64,000 nt of DNA from Eledone cirrhosa (lineage: Eukaryota), in assembly GCA_964016885.1 (NCBI GenBank), contig OZ024758.1, positions 38,192,001-38,256,000 of the forward strand. The letters are read 5' to 3'. The notes below the pieces were generated by a model that searched no databases, was not told where the DNA came from, and was given only the letters and a program-made list of their open reading frames with translations. Below, in pieces: positions 29,001-44,349 of the stretch. Each line of letters begins with the position of its first letter. The first letter of the stretch is position 1. The position numbers and the translations under genes were made by a program.

Positions 29001-32000
29001 GTTGGTGAGAATTCATTTAATTCATGGTATTAGCTGTCAGAAGTAACTCCATTGTTGGTGAGAATTCATTTAAGTCATGGTACTAGCTGTCAGAAGTAAC
29101 TCCAATGTTGGTGAGAATTCATTTAAGTCATGGTACTAGCTGTCAGAAGTAACTCCAATGTTGGTGAGAATTCATTTAAGTTCATGGTATTAGCTGTCAG
29201 AAGGAACTCCACTGTTGGTGAGAATTCATTTAAGTTCATGGTATTAGCTGTCAGAAGTAACTCCACTGTTGGTGAGAATTCATTTAAGTTCATGGTATTA
29301 GCAGTCAGAAGTAACTCCACTGTTGGTGAGAATTCATTTAAGTTCATGGTACTAGCTGTCAGAAGTAACTCCAATGTTGGTGAGAATTCATTTAAGTTCA
29401 TGGTATTAGCTGTCAGAAGTAACTCCACTGTTGGTGAGAATTCATTTAAGTCATGGTATTAGCTGTCAGAAGTAACTCCAATGTTGGTGAGAATTCATTT
29501 AAGTTCATGGTATTAGCTGTCAGAAGTAACTCCACTGTTGGTGAGAATTCATTTAAGTTCATGGTACTAGCTGTCAGAAGTAACTCCACTGTTGGTGAGA
29601 ATTCATTTAAGTTCATGGTATTAGTTTGTCAGAAGTAACTCCACTGTTGGTGAGAATTCATTTAAGTCATGGTATTAGTTGTCAGAAGTAACTCCAATGT
29701 TGGTGAGAATTCATTTAAGTTCATGGTACTAGCTGTCAGAAGTAACTCCACTGTTGGTGAGAATTCATTTAAGTCATGGTATTAGCTGTCAGAAGTAACT
29801 CCAATGTTGGTGAGAATTCATTTAAGTCATGGTACTAGCTGTCAGAAGTAACTCCAATGTTGGTGAGAATTCATTTAAGTTCATGGTATTAGCTGTCAGA
29901 CGTAACTCCACTGTTGGTGAGAATTCATTTAAGTTCATGGTATTAGCTGTCAGAAGTAACTCCACTGTTGGTGAGAATTCATTTAAGTTCATGGTATTAG
30001 CTGTCAGAAGTAACTCCACTGTTGGTGAGAATTCATTTAAGTTCATGGTATTAGCTGTCAGAAGGAACTCCAATGTTGGTGAGAATTCATTTAAGTCATG
30101 GTACTAGCTGTCAGAAGTAACTCCACTGTTGGTGAGAATTAATTTAAGTTCATGGTATTAGCTGTCAGAAGGAACGCCACTGTTGGTGAGAATTCATTTA
30201 AGTTCACGGTATTAGCTGTCAGAAGTAACTCCACTGTTGGTGAGAATTCATTTAAGTTCATGGTACTAGCTGTCAGATGTAACTCCAATGTTGGTGAGAA
30301 TTCATTTAAGTTCATGGTATTAGCTGTCAGAAGGAACTCCACTGTTGCTGAGAATTCATTTAAGTTCATGGTATTAGCTGTCAGAAGTAACTCCACTGTT
30401 GGTGAGAATTCATTTAAGTTCATGGTACTAGCTGTCAGAAGTAACTCCAATGTTGGTGAGAATTCATTTAAGTTCATGGTATTAGCTGTCAGAAGGAACT
30501 CCACTGTTGGTGAGAATTCATTTAAGTTCATGGTATTAGCTGTCAGAAGTAACTCCACTGTTGGTGAGAATTCATTTAATTCATGGTATTAGCTGTCAGA
30601 AGTAACTCCATTGTTGGTGAGAATTCATTTAAGTCATGGTACTAGCTGTCAGAAGTAACTCCAATGTTGGTGAGAATTCATTTAAGTCATGGTACTAGCT
30701 GTCAGAAGTAACTCCAATGTTGGTGAGAATTCATTTAAGTTCATGGTATTAGCTGTCAGAAGGAACTCCACTGTTGGTGAGAATTCATTTAAGTTCATGG
30801 TATTAGCTGTCAGAAGTAACTCCACTGTTGGTGAGAATTCATTTAAGTTCATGGTATTAGCAGTCAGAAGTAACTCCACTGTTGGTGAGAATTCATTTAA
30901 GTTCATGGTACTAGCTGTCAGAAGTAACTCCAATGTTGGTGAGAATTCATTTAAGTTCATGGTATTAGCTGTCAGAAGTAACTCCACTGTTGGTGAGAAT
31001 TCATTTAAGTCATGGTATTAGCTGTCAGAAGTAACTCCAATGTTGGTGAGAATTCATTTAAGTTCATGGTATTAGCTGTCAGAAGTAACTCCACTGTTGG
31101 TGAGAATTCATTTAAGTTCATGGTACTAGCTGTCAGAAGTAACTCCACTGTTGGTGATAATTCATTTAAGTTCATGGTATTAGTTTGTCAGAAGTAACTC
31201 CACTGTTGGTGAGAATTCATTTAAGTCATGGTATTAGTTGTCAGAAGTAACTCCAATGTTGGTGAGAATTCATTTAAGTTCATGGTACTAGCTGTCAGAA
31301 GTAACTCCACTGTTGGTGAGAATTCATTTAAGTCATGGTATTAGCTGTCAGAAGTAACTCCAATGTTGGTGAGAATTCATTTAAGTCATGGTACTAGCTG
31401 TCAGAAGTAACTCCAATGTTGGTGAGAATTCATTTAAGTTCATGGTATTAGCTGTCAGAAGTAACTCCACTGTTGGTGAGAATTCATTTAAGTTCATGGT
31501 ATTAGCTGTCAGAAGTAACTCCACTGTTGGTGAGAATTCATTTAAGTTCATGGTATTAGCTGTCAGAAGGAACTCCACTGTTGGTGAGAATTCATTTAAG
31601 TTCATGGTATTAGCTGTCAGAAGTAACTCCACTGTTGGTGAGAATTCATTTAAGTTCATGGTATTAGCAGTCAGAAGTAACTCCACTGTTGGTGAGAATT
31701 CATTTAAGTTCATGGTACTAGCTGTCAGAAGTAACTCCAATGTTGGTGAGAATTCATTTAAGTTCATGGTATTAGCTGTCAGAAGTAACTCCACTGTTGG
31801 TGAGAATTCATTTAAGTCATGGTATTAGCTGTCAGAAGTAACTCCAATGTTGGTGAGAATTCATTTAAGTTCATGGTATTAGCTGTCAGAAGTAACTCCA
31901 CTGTTGGTGAGAATTCATTTAAGTTCATGGTACTAGCTGTCAGAAGTAACTCCACTGTTGGTGAGAATTCATTTAAGTTCATGGTATTAGTTTGTCAGAA

Positions 32001-35000
32001 GTAACTCCACTGTTGGTGAGAATTCATTTAAGTCATGGTATTAGTTGTCAGAAGTAACTCCAATGTTGGTGAGAATTCATTTAAGTTCATGGTACTAGCT
32101 GTCAGAAGTAACTCCACTGTTGGTGAGAATTCATTTAAGTCATGGTATTAGCTGTCAGAAGTACCTCCAATGTTGGTGAGAATTCATTTAAGTCATGGTA
32201 CTAGCTGTCAGAAGTAACTCCAATGTTGGTGAGAATTCATTTAAGTTCATGGTATTAGCTGTCAGACGTAACTCCACTGTTGGTGAGAATTCATTTAAGT
32301 TCATGGTATTAGCTGTCAGAAGTAACTCCACTGTTGGTGAGAATTCATTTAAGTTCATGGTATTAGCTGTCAGAAGTAACTCCACTGTTGGTGAGAATTC
32401 ATTTAAGTTCATGGTATTAGCTGTCAGAAGGAACTCCAATGTTGGTGAGAATTCATTTAAGTCATGGTACTAGCTGTCAGAAGTAACTCCACTGTTGGTG
32501 AGAATTAATTTAAGTTCATGGTATTAGCTGTCAGAAGGAACGCCACTGTTGGTGAGAATTCATTTAAGTTCACGGTATTAGCTGTCAGAAGTAACTCCAC
32601 TGTTGGTGAGAATTCATTTAAGTTCATGGTACTAGCTGTCAGATGTAACTCCAATGTTGGTGAGAATTCATTTAAGTTCATGGTATTAGCTGTCAGAAGG
32701 AACTCCACTGTTGCTGAGAATTCATTTAAGTTCATGGTATTAGCTGTCAGAAGTAACTCCACTGTTGGTGAGAATTCATTTAAGTTCATGGTACTAGCTG
32801 TCAGAAGTAACTCCAATGTTGGTGAGAATTCATTTAAGTTCATGGTATTAGCTGTCAGAAGGAACTCCACTGTTGGTGAGAATTCATTTAAGTTCATGGT
32901 ATTAGCTGTCAGAAGTAACTCCACTGTTGGTGAGAATTCATTTAATTCATGGTATTAGCTGTCAGAAGTAACTCCATTGTTGGTGAGAATTCATTTAAGT
33001 CATGGTACTAGCTGTCAGAAGTAACTCCAATGTTGGTGAGAATTCATTTAAGTCATGGTACTAGCTGTCAGAAGTAACTCCAATGTTGGTGAGAATTCAT
33101 TTAAGTTCATGGTATTAGCTGTCAGAAGGAACTCCACTGTTGGTGAGAATTCATTTAAGTTCATGGTATTAGCTGTCAGAAGTAACTCCACTGTTGGTGA
33201 GAATTCATTTAAGTTCATGGTATTAGCAGTCAGAAGTAACTCCACTGTTGGTGAGAATTCATTTAAGTTCATGGTACTAGCTGTCAGAAGTAACTCCAAT
33301 GTTGGTGAGAATTCATTTAAGTTCATGGTATTAGCTGTCAGAAGTAACTCCACTGTTGGTGAGAATTCATTTAAGTCATGGTATTAGCTGTCAGAAGTAA
33401 CTCCAATGTTGGTGAGAATTCATTTAAGTTCATGGTATTAGCTGTCAGAAGTAACTCCACTGTTGGTGAGAATTCATTTAAGTTCATGGTACTAGCTGTC
33501 AGAAGTAACTCCACTGTTGGTGATAATTCATTTAAGTTCATGGTATTAGTTTGTCAGAAGTAACTCCACTGTTGGTGAGAATTCATTTAAGTCATGGTAT
33601 TAGTTGTCAGAAGTAACTCCAATGTTGGTGAGAATTCATTTAAGTTCATGGTACTAGCTGTCAGAAGTAACTCCACTGTTGGTGAGAATTCATTTAAGTC
33701 ATGGTATTAGCTGTCAGAAGTAACTCCAATGTTGGTGAGAATTCATTTAAGTCATGGTACTAGCTGTCAGAAGTAACTCCAATGTTGGTGAGAATTCATT
33801 TAAGTTCATGGTATTAGCTGTCAGAAGTAACTCCACTGTTGGTGAGAATTCATTTAAGTTCATGGTATTAGCTGTCAGAAGGAACTCCAATGTTGGTGAG
33901 AATTCATTTAAGTCATGGTACTAGCTGTCAGAAGTAACTCCACTGTTGGTGAGAATTAATTTAAGTTCATGGTATTAGCTGTCAGAAGGAACGCCACTGT
34001 TGGTGAGAATTCATTTAAGTTCACGGTATTAGCTGTCAGAAGTAACTCCACTGTTGGTGAGAATTCATTTAAGTTCATGGTACTAGCTGTCAGATGTAAC
34101 TCCAATGTTGGTGAGAATTCATTTAAGTTCATGGTATTAGCTGTCAGAAGGAACTCCACTGTTGCTGAGAATTCATTTAAGTTCATGGTATTAGCTGTCA
34201 GAAGTAACTCCACTGTTGGTGAGAATTCATTTAAGTTCATGGTACTAGCTGTCAGAAGTAACTCCAATGTTGGTGAGAATTCATTTAAGTTCATGGTATT
34301 AGCTGTCAGAAGGAACTCCACTGTTGGTGAGAATTCATTTAAGTTCATGGTATTAGCTGTCAGAAGTAACTCCACTGTTGGTGAGAATTCATTTAATTCA
34401 TGGTATTAGCTGTCAGAAGTAACTCCATTGTTGGTGAGAATTCATTTAAGTCATGGTACTAGCTGTCAGAAGTAACTCCAATGTTGGTGAGAATTCATTT
34501 AAGTCATGGTACTAGCTGTCAGAAGTAACTCCAATGTTGGTGAGAATTCATTTAAGTTCATGGTATTAGCTGTCAGAAGGAACTCCACTGTTGGTGAGAA
34601 TTCATTTAAGTTCATGGTATTAGCTGTCAGAAGTAACTCCACTGTTGGTGAGAATTCATTTAAGTTCATGGTATTAGCAGTCAGAAGTAACTCCACGGTT
34701 GGTGAGAATTCATTTAAGTTCATGGTATTAGCTGTCAGAAGTAACTCCACTGTTGGTGAGAATTCATTTAAGTCATGGTATTAGCTGTCAGAAGTAACTC
34801 CAATGTTGGTGAGAATTCATTTAAGTTCATGGTATTAGCTGTCAGAAGTAACTCCACTGTTGGTGAGAATTCATTTAAGTTCATGGTACTAGCTGTCAGA
34901 AGTAACTCCACTGTTGGTGATAATTCATTTAAGTTCATGGTATTAGTTTGTCAGAAGTAACTCCACTGTTGGTGAGAATTCATTTAAGTCATGGTATTAG

Positions 35001-38000
35001 TTGTCAGAAGTAACTCCAATGTTGGTGAGAATTCATTTAAGTTCATGGTACTAGCTGTCAGAAGTAACTCCACTGTTGGTGAGAATTCATTTAAGTCATG
35101 GTATTAGCTGTCAGAAGTAACTCCAATGTTGGTGAGAATTCATTTAAGTCATGGTACTAGCTGTCAGAAGTAACTCCAATGTTGGTGAGAATTCATTTAA
35201 GTTCATGGTACTAGCTGTCAGAAGTAACTCCACTGTTGGTGATAATTCATTTAAGTTCATGGTATTAGTTTGTCAGAAGTAACTCCACTGTTGGTGAGAA
35301 TTCATTTAAGTCATGGTATTAGTTGTCAGAAGTAACTCCAATGTTGGTGAGAATTCATTTAAGTTCATGGTACTAGCTGTCAGAAGTAACTCCACTGTTG
35401 GTGAGAATTCATTTAAGTCATGGTATTAGCTGTCAGAAGTAACTCCAATGTTGGTGAGAATTCATTTAAGTCATGGTACTAGCTGTCAGAAGTAACTCCA
35501 ATGTTGGTGAGAATTCATTTAAGTTCATGGTATTAGCTGTCAGAAGTAACTCCACTGTTGGTGAGAATTCATTTAAGTTCATGGTATTAGCTGTCAGAAG
35601 TAACTCCACTGTTGGTGAGAATTCATTTAAGTCATGGTATTAGCTGTCAGAAGTAACTCCACTGTTGGTGAGAATTCATTTAAGTTCATGGTACTAGCTG
35701 TCAGAAGTAACTCCACTGTTGGTGATAATTCATTTAAGTTCATGGTATTAGCTGTCAGAAGTAACTCCACTGTTGGTGAGAATTCATTTAAGTTCATGGT
35801 ACTAGCTGTCAGAAGTAACTCCACTGTTGGTGATAATTCATTTAAGTTCATGGTATTAGTTTGTCAGAAGTAACTCCACTGTTGGTGAGAATTCATTTAA
35901 GTCATGGTATTAGTTGTCAGAAGTAACTCCAATGTTGGTGAGAATTCATTTAAGTTCATGGTACTAGCTGTCAGAAGTAACTCCACTGTTGGTGAGAATT
36001 CATTTAAGTCATGGTATTAGCTGTCAGAAGTAACTCCAATGTTGGTGAGAATTCATTTAAGTCATGGTACTAGCTGTCAGAAGTAACTCCAATGTTGGTG
36101 AGAATTCATTTAAGTTCATGGTATTAGCTGTCAGAAGTAACTCCACTGTTGGTGAGAATTCATTTAAGTTCATGGTATTAGCTGTCAGAAGGAACTCCAC
36201 TGTTGGTGAGAATTCATTTAAGTTCATGGTATTAGCTGTCAGAAGTAACTCCACTGTTGGTGAGAATTCATTTAAGTTCATGGTATTAGCAGTCAGAAGT
36301 AACTCCACTGTTGGTGAGAATTCATTTAAGTTCATGGTACTAGCTGTCAGAAGTAACTCCAATGTTGGTGAGAATTCATTTAAGTTCATGGTATTAGCTG
36401 TCAGAAGTAACTCCACTGTTGGTGAGAATTCATTTAAGTCATGGTATTAGCTGTCAGAAGTAACTCCAATGTTGGTGAGAATTCATTTAAGTTCATGGTA
36501 TTAGCTGTCAGAAGTAACTCCACTGTTGGTGAGAATTCATTTAAGTTCATGGTACTAGCTGTCAGAAGTAACTCCACTGTTGGTGAGAATTCATTTAAGT
36601 TCATGGTATTAGTTTGTCAGAAGTAACTCCACTGTTGGTGAGAATACATTTAAGTCATGGTATTAGTTGTCAGAAGTAACTCCAATGTTGGTGAGAATTC
36701 ATTTAAGTTCATGGTACTAGCTGTCAGAAGTAACTCCACTGTTGGTGAGAATTCATTTAAGTCATGGTATTAGCTGTCAGAAGTAACTCCAATGTTGGTG
36801 AGAATTCATTTAAGTCATGGTACTAGCTGTCAGAAGTAACTCCAATGTTGGTGAGAATTCATTTAAGTTCATGGTATTAGCTGTCAGACGTAACTCCACT
36901 GTTGGTGAGAATTCATTTAAGTTCATGGTATTAGCTGTCAGAAGTAACTCCACTGTTGGTGAGAATTCATTTAAGTTCATGGTATTAGCTGTCAGAAGTA
37001 ACTCCACTGTTGGTGAGAATTCATTTAAGTTCATGGTATTAGCTGTCAGAAGGAACTCCAATGTTGGTGAGAATTCATTTAAGTCATGGTACTAGCTGTC
37101 AGAAGTAACTCCACTGTTGGTGAGAATTAATTTAAGTTCATGGTATTAGCTGTCAGAAGGAACGCCACTGTTGGTGAGAATTCATTTAAGTTCACGGTAT
37201 TAGCTGTCAGAAGTAACTCCACTGTTGGTGAGAATTCATTTAAGTTCATGGTACTAGCTGTCAGATGTAACTCCAATGTTGGTGAGAATTCATTTAAGTT
37301 CATGGTATTAGCTGTCAGAAGGAACTCCACTGTTGCTGAGAATTCATTTAAGTTCATGGTATTAGCTGTCAGAAGTAACTCCACTGTTGGTGAGAATTCA
37401 TTTAAGTTCATGGTACTAGCTGTCAGAAGTAACTCCAATGTTGGAGAGAATTCATTTAAGTTCATGGTATTAGCTGTCAGAAGGAACTCCACTGTTGGTG
37501 AGAATTCATTTAAGTTCATGGTATTAGCTGTCAGAAGTAACTCCACTGTTGGTGAGAATTCATTTAATTCATGGTATTAGCTGTCAGAAGTAACTCCATT
37601 GTTGGTGAGAATTCATTTAAGTCATGGTACTAGCTGTCAGAAGTAACTCCAATGTTGGTGAGAATTCATTTAAGTCATGGTACTAGCTGTCAGAAGTAAC
37701 TCCAATGTTGGTGAGAATTCATTTAAGTTCATGGTATTAGCTGTCAGAAGGAACTCCACTGTTGGTGAGAATTCATTTAAGTTCATGGTATTAGCTGTCA
37801 GAAGTAACTCCACTGTTGGTGAGAATTCATTTAAGTTCATGGTATTAGCAGTCAGAAGTAACTCCACTGTTGGTGAGAATTCATTTAAGTTCATGGTACT
37901 AGCTGTCAGAAGTAACTCCAATGTTGGTGAGAATTCATTTAAGTTCATGGTATTAGCTGTCAGAAGTAACTCCACTGTTGGTGAGAATTCATTTAAGTCA

Positions 38001-41000
38001 TGGTATTAGCTGTCAGAAGTAACTCCAATGTTGGTGAGAATTCATTTAAGTTCATGGTATTAGCTGTCAGAAGTAACTCCACTGTTGGTGAGAATTCATT
38101 TAAGTTCATGGTACTAGCTGTCAGAAGTAACTCCACTGTTGGTGATAATTCATTTAAGTTCATGGTATTAGTTTGTCAGAAGTAACTCCACTGTTGGTGA
38201 GAATTCATTTAAGTCATGGTATTAGTTGTCAGAAGTAACTCCAATGTTGGTGAGAATTCATTTAAGTTCATGGTACTAGCTGTCAGAAGTAACTCCACTG
38301 TTGGTGAGAATTCATTTAAGTCATGGTATTAGCTGTCAGAAGTAACTCCAATGTTGGTGAGAATTCATTTAAGTCATGGTACTAGCTGTCAGAAGTAACT
38401 CCAATGTTGGTGAGAATTCATTTAAGTTCATGGTATTAGCTGTCAGAAGTAACTCCACTGTTGGTGAGAATTCATTTAAGTTCATGGTATTAGCTGTCAG
38501 AAGTAACTCCACTGTTGGTGAGAATTCATTTAAGTTCATGGTATTAGCTGTCAGAAGTAACTCCACTGTTGGTGAGAATTCATTTAAGTTCATGGTATTA
38601 GCTGTCAGAAGGAACTCCAATGTTGGTGAGAATTCATTTAAGTCATGGTACTAGCTGTCAGAAGTAACTCCACTGTTGGTGAGAATTAATTTAAGTTCAT
38701 GGTATTAGCTGTCAGAAGGAACGCCACTGTTGGTGAGAATTCATTTAAGTTCACGGTATTAGCTGTCAGAAGTAACTCCACTGTTGGTGAGAATTCATTT
38801 AAGTTCATGGTACTAGCTGTCAGATGTAACTCCAATGTTGGTGAGAATTCATTTAAGTTCATGGTATTAGCTGTCAGAAGGAACTCCACTGTTGCTGAGA
38901 ATTCATTTAAGTTCATGGTATTAGCTGTCAGAAGTAACTCCACTGTTGGTGAGAATTCATTTAAGTTCATGGTACTAGCTGTCAGAAGTAACTCCACTGT
39001 TGGTGAGAATTCATTTAAGTTCATGGTATTAGCTGTCAGAAGTCACTCCAATGTTGGTGAGAATTCATTTAAGTTCATGGTATTAGCTGTCAGAAGTCAC
39101 TCCACTGTTGGTGAGAATTCATTTAAGTTCATGGTACTAGCTGTCAGAAATAACCCCAATGTTGGTTAGAATTCATTTAAGTTCATGGTATTAGCTGTCA
39201 GAAGTCACTCCAATGTTGGTGAGAATTCATTTAAGTTCATGGTATTAGCTGTCAGAAGTAACTCCACTGTTGGTGAGAATTCATTTAAGTTCATGGTATT
39301 AGTTTGTCAGAAGTAACTCCACTGTTGGTGAGAATTCATTTAAGTCATGGTATTAGTTGTCAGAAGTAACTCCAATGTTGGTGAGAATTCATTTAAGTTC
39401 ATGGTACTAGCTGTCAGAAGTAACTCCAATGTTGGTGAGAATTCATTTAAGTTCATGGTATTAGCTGTCAGAAGGAACTCCACTGTTGGTGAGAATTCAT
39501 TTAAGTTCATGGTATTAGCTGTCAGAAGTAACTCCACTGTTGGTGAGAATTCATTTAATTCATGGTATTAGCTGTCAGAAGTAACTCCATTGTTGGTGAG
39601 AATTCATTTAAGTCATGGTACTAGCTGTCAGAAGTAACTCCAATGTTGGTGAGAATTCATTTAAGTCATGGTACTAGCTGTCAGAAGTAACTCCAATGTT
39701 GGTGAGAATTCATTTAAGTTCATGGTATTAGCTGTCAGAAGGAACTCCACTGTTGGTGAGAATTCATTTAAGTTCATGGTATTAGCTGTCAGAAGTAACT
39801 CCACTGTTGGTGAGAATTCATTTAAGTTCATGGTATTAGCAGTCAGAAGTAACTCCACTGTTGGTGAGAATTCATTTAAGTTCATGGTACTAGCTGTCAG
39901 AAGTAACTCCAATGTTGGTGAGAATTCATTTAAGTTCATGGTATTAGCTGTCAGAAGTAACTCCACTGTTGGTGAGAATTCATTTAAGTCATGGTATTAG
40001 CTGTCAGAAGTAACTCCAATGTTGGTGAGAATTCATTTAAGTTCATGGTATTAGCTGTCAGAAGTAACTCCACTGTTGGTGAGAATTCATTTAAGTTCAT
40101 GGTACTAGCTGTCAGAAGTAACTCCACTGTTGGTGAGAATTCATTTAAGTTCATGGTATTAGTTTGTCAGAAGTAACTCCACTGTTGGTGAGAATTCATT
40201 TAAGTCATGGTATTAGTTGTCAGAAGTAACTCCAATGTTGGTGAGAATTCATTTAAGTTCATGGTACTAGCTGTCAGAAGTAACTCCACTGTTGGTGAGA
40301 ATTCATTTAAGTCATGGTATTAGCTGTCAGAAGTAACTCCAATGTTGGTGAGAATTCATTTAAGTCATGGTACTAGCTGTCAGAAGTAACTCCACTGTTG
40401 GTGAGAATTCATTTAAGTTCATGGTATTAGCTGTCAGAAGTAACTCCACTGTTGGTGAGAATTCATTTAAGTTCATGGTATTAGCTGTCAGAAGGAACTC
40501 CAATGTTGGTGAGAATTCATTTAAGTCATGGTACTAGCTGTCAGAAGTAACTCCACTGTTGGTGAGAATTAATTTAAGTTCATGGTATTAGCTGTCAGAA
40601 GGAACGCCACTGTTGGTGAGAATTCATTTAAGTTCACGGTATTAGCTGTCAGAAGTAACTCCACTGTTGGTGAGAATTCATTTAAGTTCATGGTACTAGC
40701 TGTCAGATGTAACTCCAATGTTGGTGAGAATTCATTTAAGTTCATGGTATTAGCTGTCAGAAGGAACTCCACTGTTGCTGAGAATTCATTTAAGTTCATG
40801 GTATTAGCTGTCAGAAGTAACTCCACTGTTGGTGAGAATTCATTTAAGTTCATGGTACTAGCTGTCAGAAGTAACTCCACTGTTGGTGAGAATTCATTTA
40901 AGTTCATGGTATTAGCTGTCAGAAGTCACTCCAATGTTGGTGAGAATTCATTTAAGTTCATGGTATTAGCTGTCAGAAGTAACTCCACTGTTGGTGAGAA

Positions 41001-44000
41001 TTCATTTAAGTTCATGGTATTAGCTGTCAGAAGTAACTCCACTGTTGGTGAGAATTCATTTAAGTTGATGGTACTAGCTGTCAGAAGTAACTCCACTGTT
41101 GGTGAGAATTCATTTAAGTTCATGGTATTAGTTTGTCAGAAGTAACTCCACTGTTGGTGAGAATTCATTTAAGTCATGGTATTAGTTGTCAGAAGTAACT
41201 CCAATGTTGGTGAGAATTCATTTAAGTTCATGGTATTAGCTGTCAGAAGGAACTCCACTGTTGGTGAGAATTCATTTAAGTTCATGGTATTAGCTGTCAG
41301 AAGGAACTCCAATGTTGGTGAGAATTCATTTAAGTCATGGTACTAGCTGTCAGAAGTAACTCCACTGTTGGTGAGAATTCATTTAAGTTCATGGTATTAG
41401 CTGTCAGAAGGAACGCCACTGTTGGTGAGAATTCATTTAAGTTCATGGTATAAGCTGTCAGAAGTAACTCCACTGTTGGTGAGAATTCATTTAAGTTCAT
41501 GGTACTAGCTGTCAGAAGAAACTCCAATGTTGGTGAGAATTCATTTAAGTTCATGGTACTAGCTGTCAGAAGTAACTCCACTGTTGGTGAGAATTCATTT
41601 AAGTTCATGGTATTAGTTTGTCAGAAGTAACTCCACTGTTGGTGAGAATTCATTTAAGTCATGGTATTAGTTGTCAGAAGTAACTCCAATGTTGGTGAGA
41701 ATTCATTTAAGTTCATGGTACTAGCTGTCAGAAGTAACTCCAATGTTGGTGAGAATTCATTTAAGTTCATGGTATTAGCTGTCAGAAGGAACTCCACTGT
41801 TGGTGAGAATTCATTTAAGTTCATGGTATTAGCTGTCAGAAGTAACTCCACTGTTGGTGAGAATTCATTTAATTCATGGTATTAGCTGTCAGAAGTAACT
41901 CCATTGTTGGTGAGAATTCATTTAAGTCATGGTACTAGCTGTCAGAAGTAACTCCAATGTTGGTGAGAATTCATTTAAGTCATGGTACTAGCTGTCAGAA
42001 GTAACTCCAATGTTGGTGAGAATTCATTTAAGTTCATGGTATTAGCTGTCAGAAGGAACTCCACTGTTGGTGAGAATTCATTTAAGTTCATGGTATTAGC
42101 TGTCAGAAGTAACTCCACTGTTGGTGAGAATTCATTTAAGTTCATGGTATTAGCAGTCAGAAGTAACTCCACTGTTGGTGAGAATTCATTTAAGTTCATG
42201 GTACTAGCTGTCAGAAGTAACTCCAATGTTGGTGAGAATTCATTTAAGTTCATGGTATTAGCTGTCAGAAGTAACTCCACTGTTGGTGAGAATTCATTTA
42301 AGTCATGGTATTAGCTGTCAGAAGTAACTCCAATGTTGGTGAGAATTCATTTAAGTTCATGGTATTAGCTGTCAGAAGTAACTCCACTGTTGGTGAGAAT
42401 TCATTTAAGTTCATGGTACTAGCTGTCAGAAGTAACTCCACTGTTGGTGAGAATTCATTTAAGTTCATGGTATTAGTTTGTCAGAAGTAACTCCACTGTT
42501 GGTGAGAATTCATTTAAGTCATGGTATTAGTTGTCAGAAGTAACTCCAATGTTGGTGAGAATTCATTTAAGTTCATGGTACTAGCTGTCAGAAGTAACTC
42601 CACTGTTGGTGAGAATTCATTTAAGTCATGGTATTAGCTGTCAGAAGTAACTCCAATGTTGGTGAGAATTCATTTAAGTCATGGTACTAGCTGTCAGAAG
42701 TAACTCCAATGTTGGTGAGAATTCATTTAAGTTCATGGTATTAGCTGTCAGAAGTAACTCCACTGTTGGTGAGAATTCATTTAAGTTCATGGTATTAGCT
42801 GTCAGAAGTAACTCCACTGTTGGTGAGAATTCATTTAAGTTCATGGTATTAGCTGTCAGAAGTAACTCCACTGTTGGTGAGAATTCATTTAAGTTCATGG
42901 TATTAGCTGTCAGAAGGAACTCCAATGTTGGTGAGAATTCATTTAAGTCATGGTACTAGCTGTCAGAAGTAACTCCACTGTTGGTGAGAATTAATTTAAG
43001 TTCATGATATTAGCTGTCAGAAGGAACGCCACTGTTGGTGAGAATTCATTTAAGTTCACGGTATTAGCTGTCAGAAGTAACTCCACTGTTGGTGAGAATT
43101 CATTTAAGTTCATGGTACTAGCTGTCAGATGTAACTCCAATGTTGGTGAGAATTCATTTAAGTTCATGGTATTAGCTGTCAGAAGGAACTCCACTGTTGC
43201 TGAGAATTCATTTAAGTTCATGGTATTAGCTGTCAGAAGTAACTCCACTGTTGGTGAGAATTCATTTAAGTTCATGGTACTAGCTGTCAGAAGTAACTCC
43301 ACTGTTGGTGAGAATTCATTTAAGTTCATGGTATTAGCTGTCAGAAGTCACTCCAATGTTGGTGAGAATTCATTTAAGTTCATGGTATTAGCTGTCAGAA
43401 GTCACTCCACTGTTGGTGAGAATTCATTTAAGTTCATGGTACTAGCTGTCAGAAGTAACCCCAATGTTGGTGAGAATTCATTTAAGTTCATGGTATTAGC
43501 TGTCAGAAGTCACTCCAATGTTGGTGAGAATTCATTTAAGTTCATGGTATTAGCTGTCAGAAGTTACTCCACTGTTGGTGAGAATTCATTTAAGTTCATG
43601 GTATTAGTTTGTCAGAAGTAACTCCACTGTTGGTGAGAATTCATTTAAGTCATGGTACTAGCTGTCAGAAGTAACTCCAATGTTGGTGAGAATTCATTTA
43701 AGTCATGGTATTAGCTGTCAGAAGTAACTCCAATGTTGGTGAGAATTCATTTAAGTTCATGGTATTAGCTGTCAGAAGTAACTCCACTGTTGGTGAGAAT
43801 TCATTTAAGTTCATGGTATTAGCTGTCAGAAGTAACTCCACTGTTGGTGAGAATTCATTTAAGTTGATGGTACTAGCTGTCAGAAGTAACTCCACTGTTG
43901 GTGAGAATTCATTTAAGTTCATGGTATTAGTTTGTCAGAAGTAACTCCACTGTTGGTGAGAATTCATTTAAGTCATGGTATTAGTTGTCAGAAGTAACTC
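26000..44000. repeat. Satellite sub-domain C, built from 807-bp (15-mer) and 1559-bp (29-mer) units
   Basis: Markers first appearing here: agcagtc (from 26283), 53-mer tttaattcatg (from ~26000), gaattaattt (from ~30136), ttcacggt (from ~30203), gtgataattc (~31154-38150) and agacgtaac. ORF offsets 26436->27243 and 31012->31819 (807); 29453->31012 and 36441->38000 (1559). Confidence 0.8.
29184..33860. repeat. Tandem duplication of a 2366-bp (44-monomer; 1559+807) block
   Basis: ORF pairs 29829/32195, 30152/32518, 30689/33055 and 31012/33378 are offset by 2366. Confidence 0.88.
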
Positions 44001-44349
44001 CAATGTTGGTGAGAATTCATTTAAGTTCATGGTATTAGCTGTCAGAAGGAACTCCACTGTTGGTGAGAATTCATTTAAGTTCATGGTATAAGCTGTCAGA
44101 AGTAACTCCACTGTTGGTGAGAATTCATTTAAGTTCATGGTACTAGCTGTCAGAAGAAACTCCAATGTTGGTGAGAATTCATTTAAGTTCATGGTACTAG
44201 CTGTCAGAAGTAACTCCACTGTTGGTGAGAATTCATTTAAGTTCATGGTATTAGTTTGTCAGAAGTAACTCTACTGTTGGTGAGAATTCATTTAAGTCAT
44301 GGTATTAGTTGTCAGAAGTAACTCCAATGTTGGTGAGAATTCATTTAAG

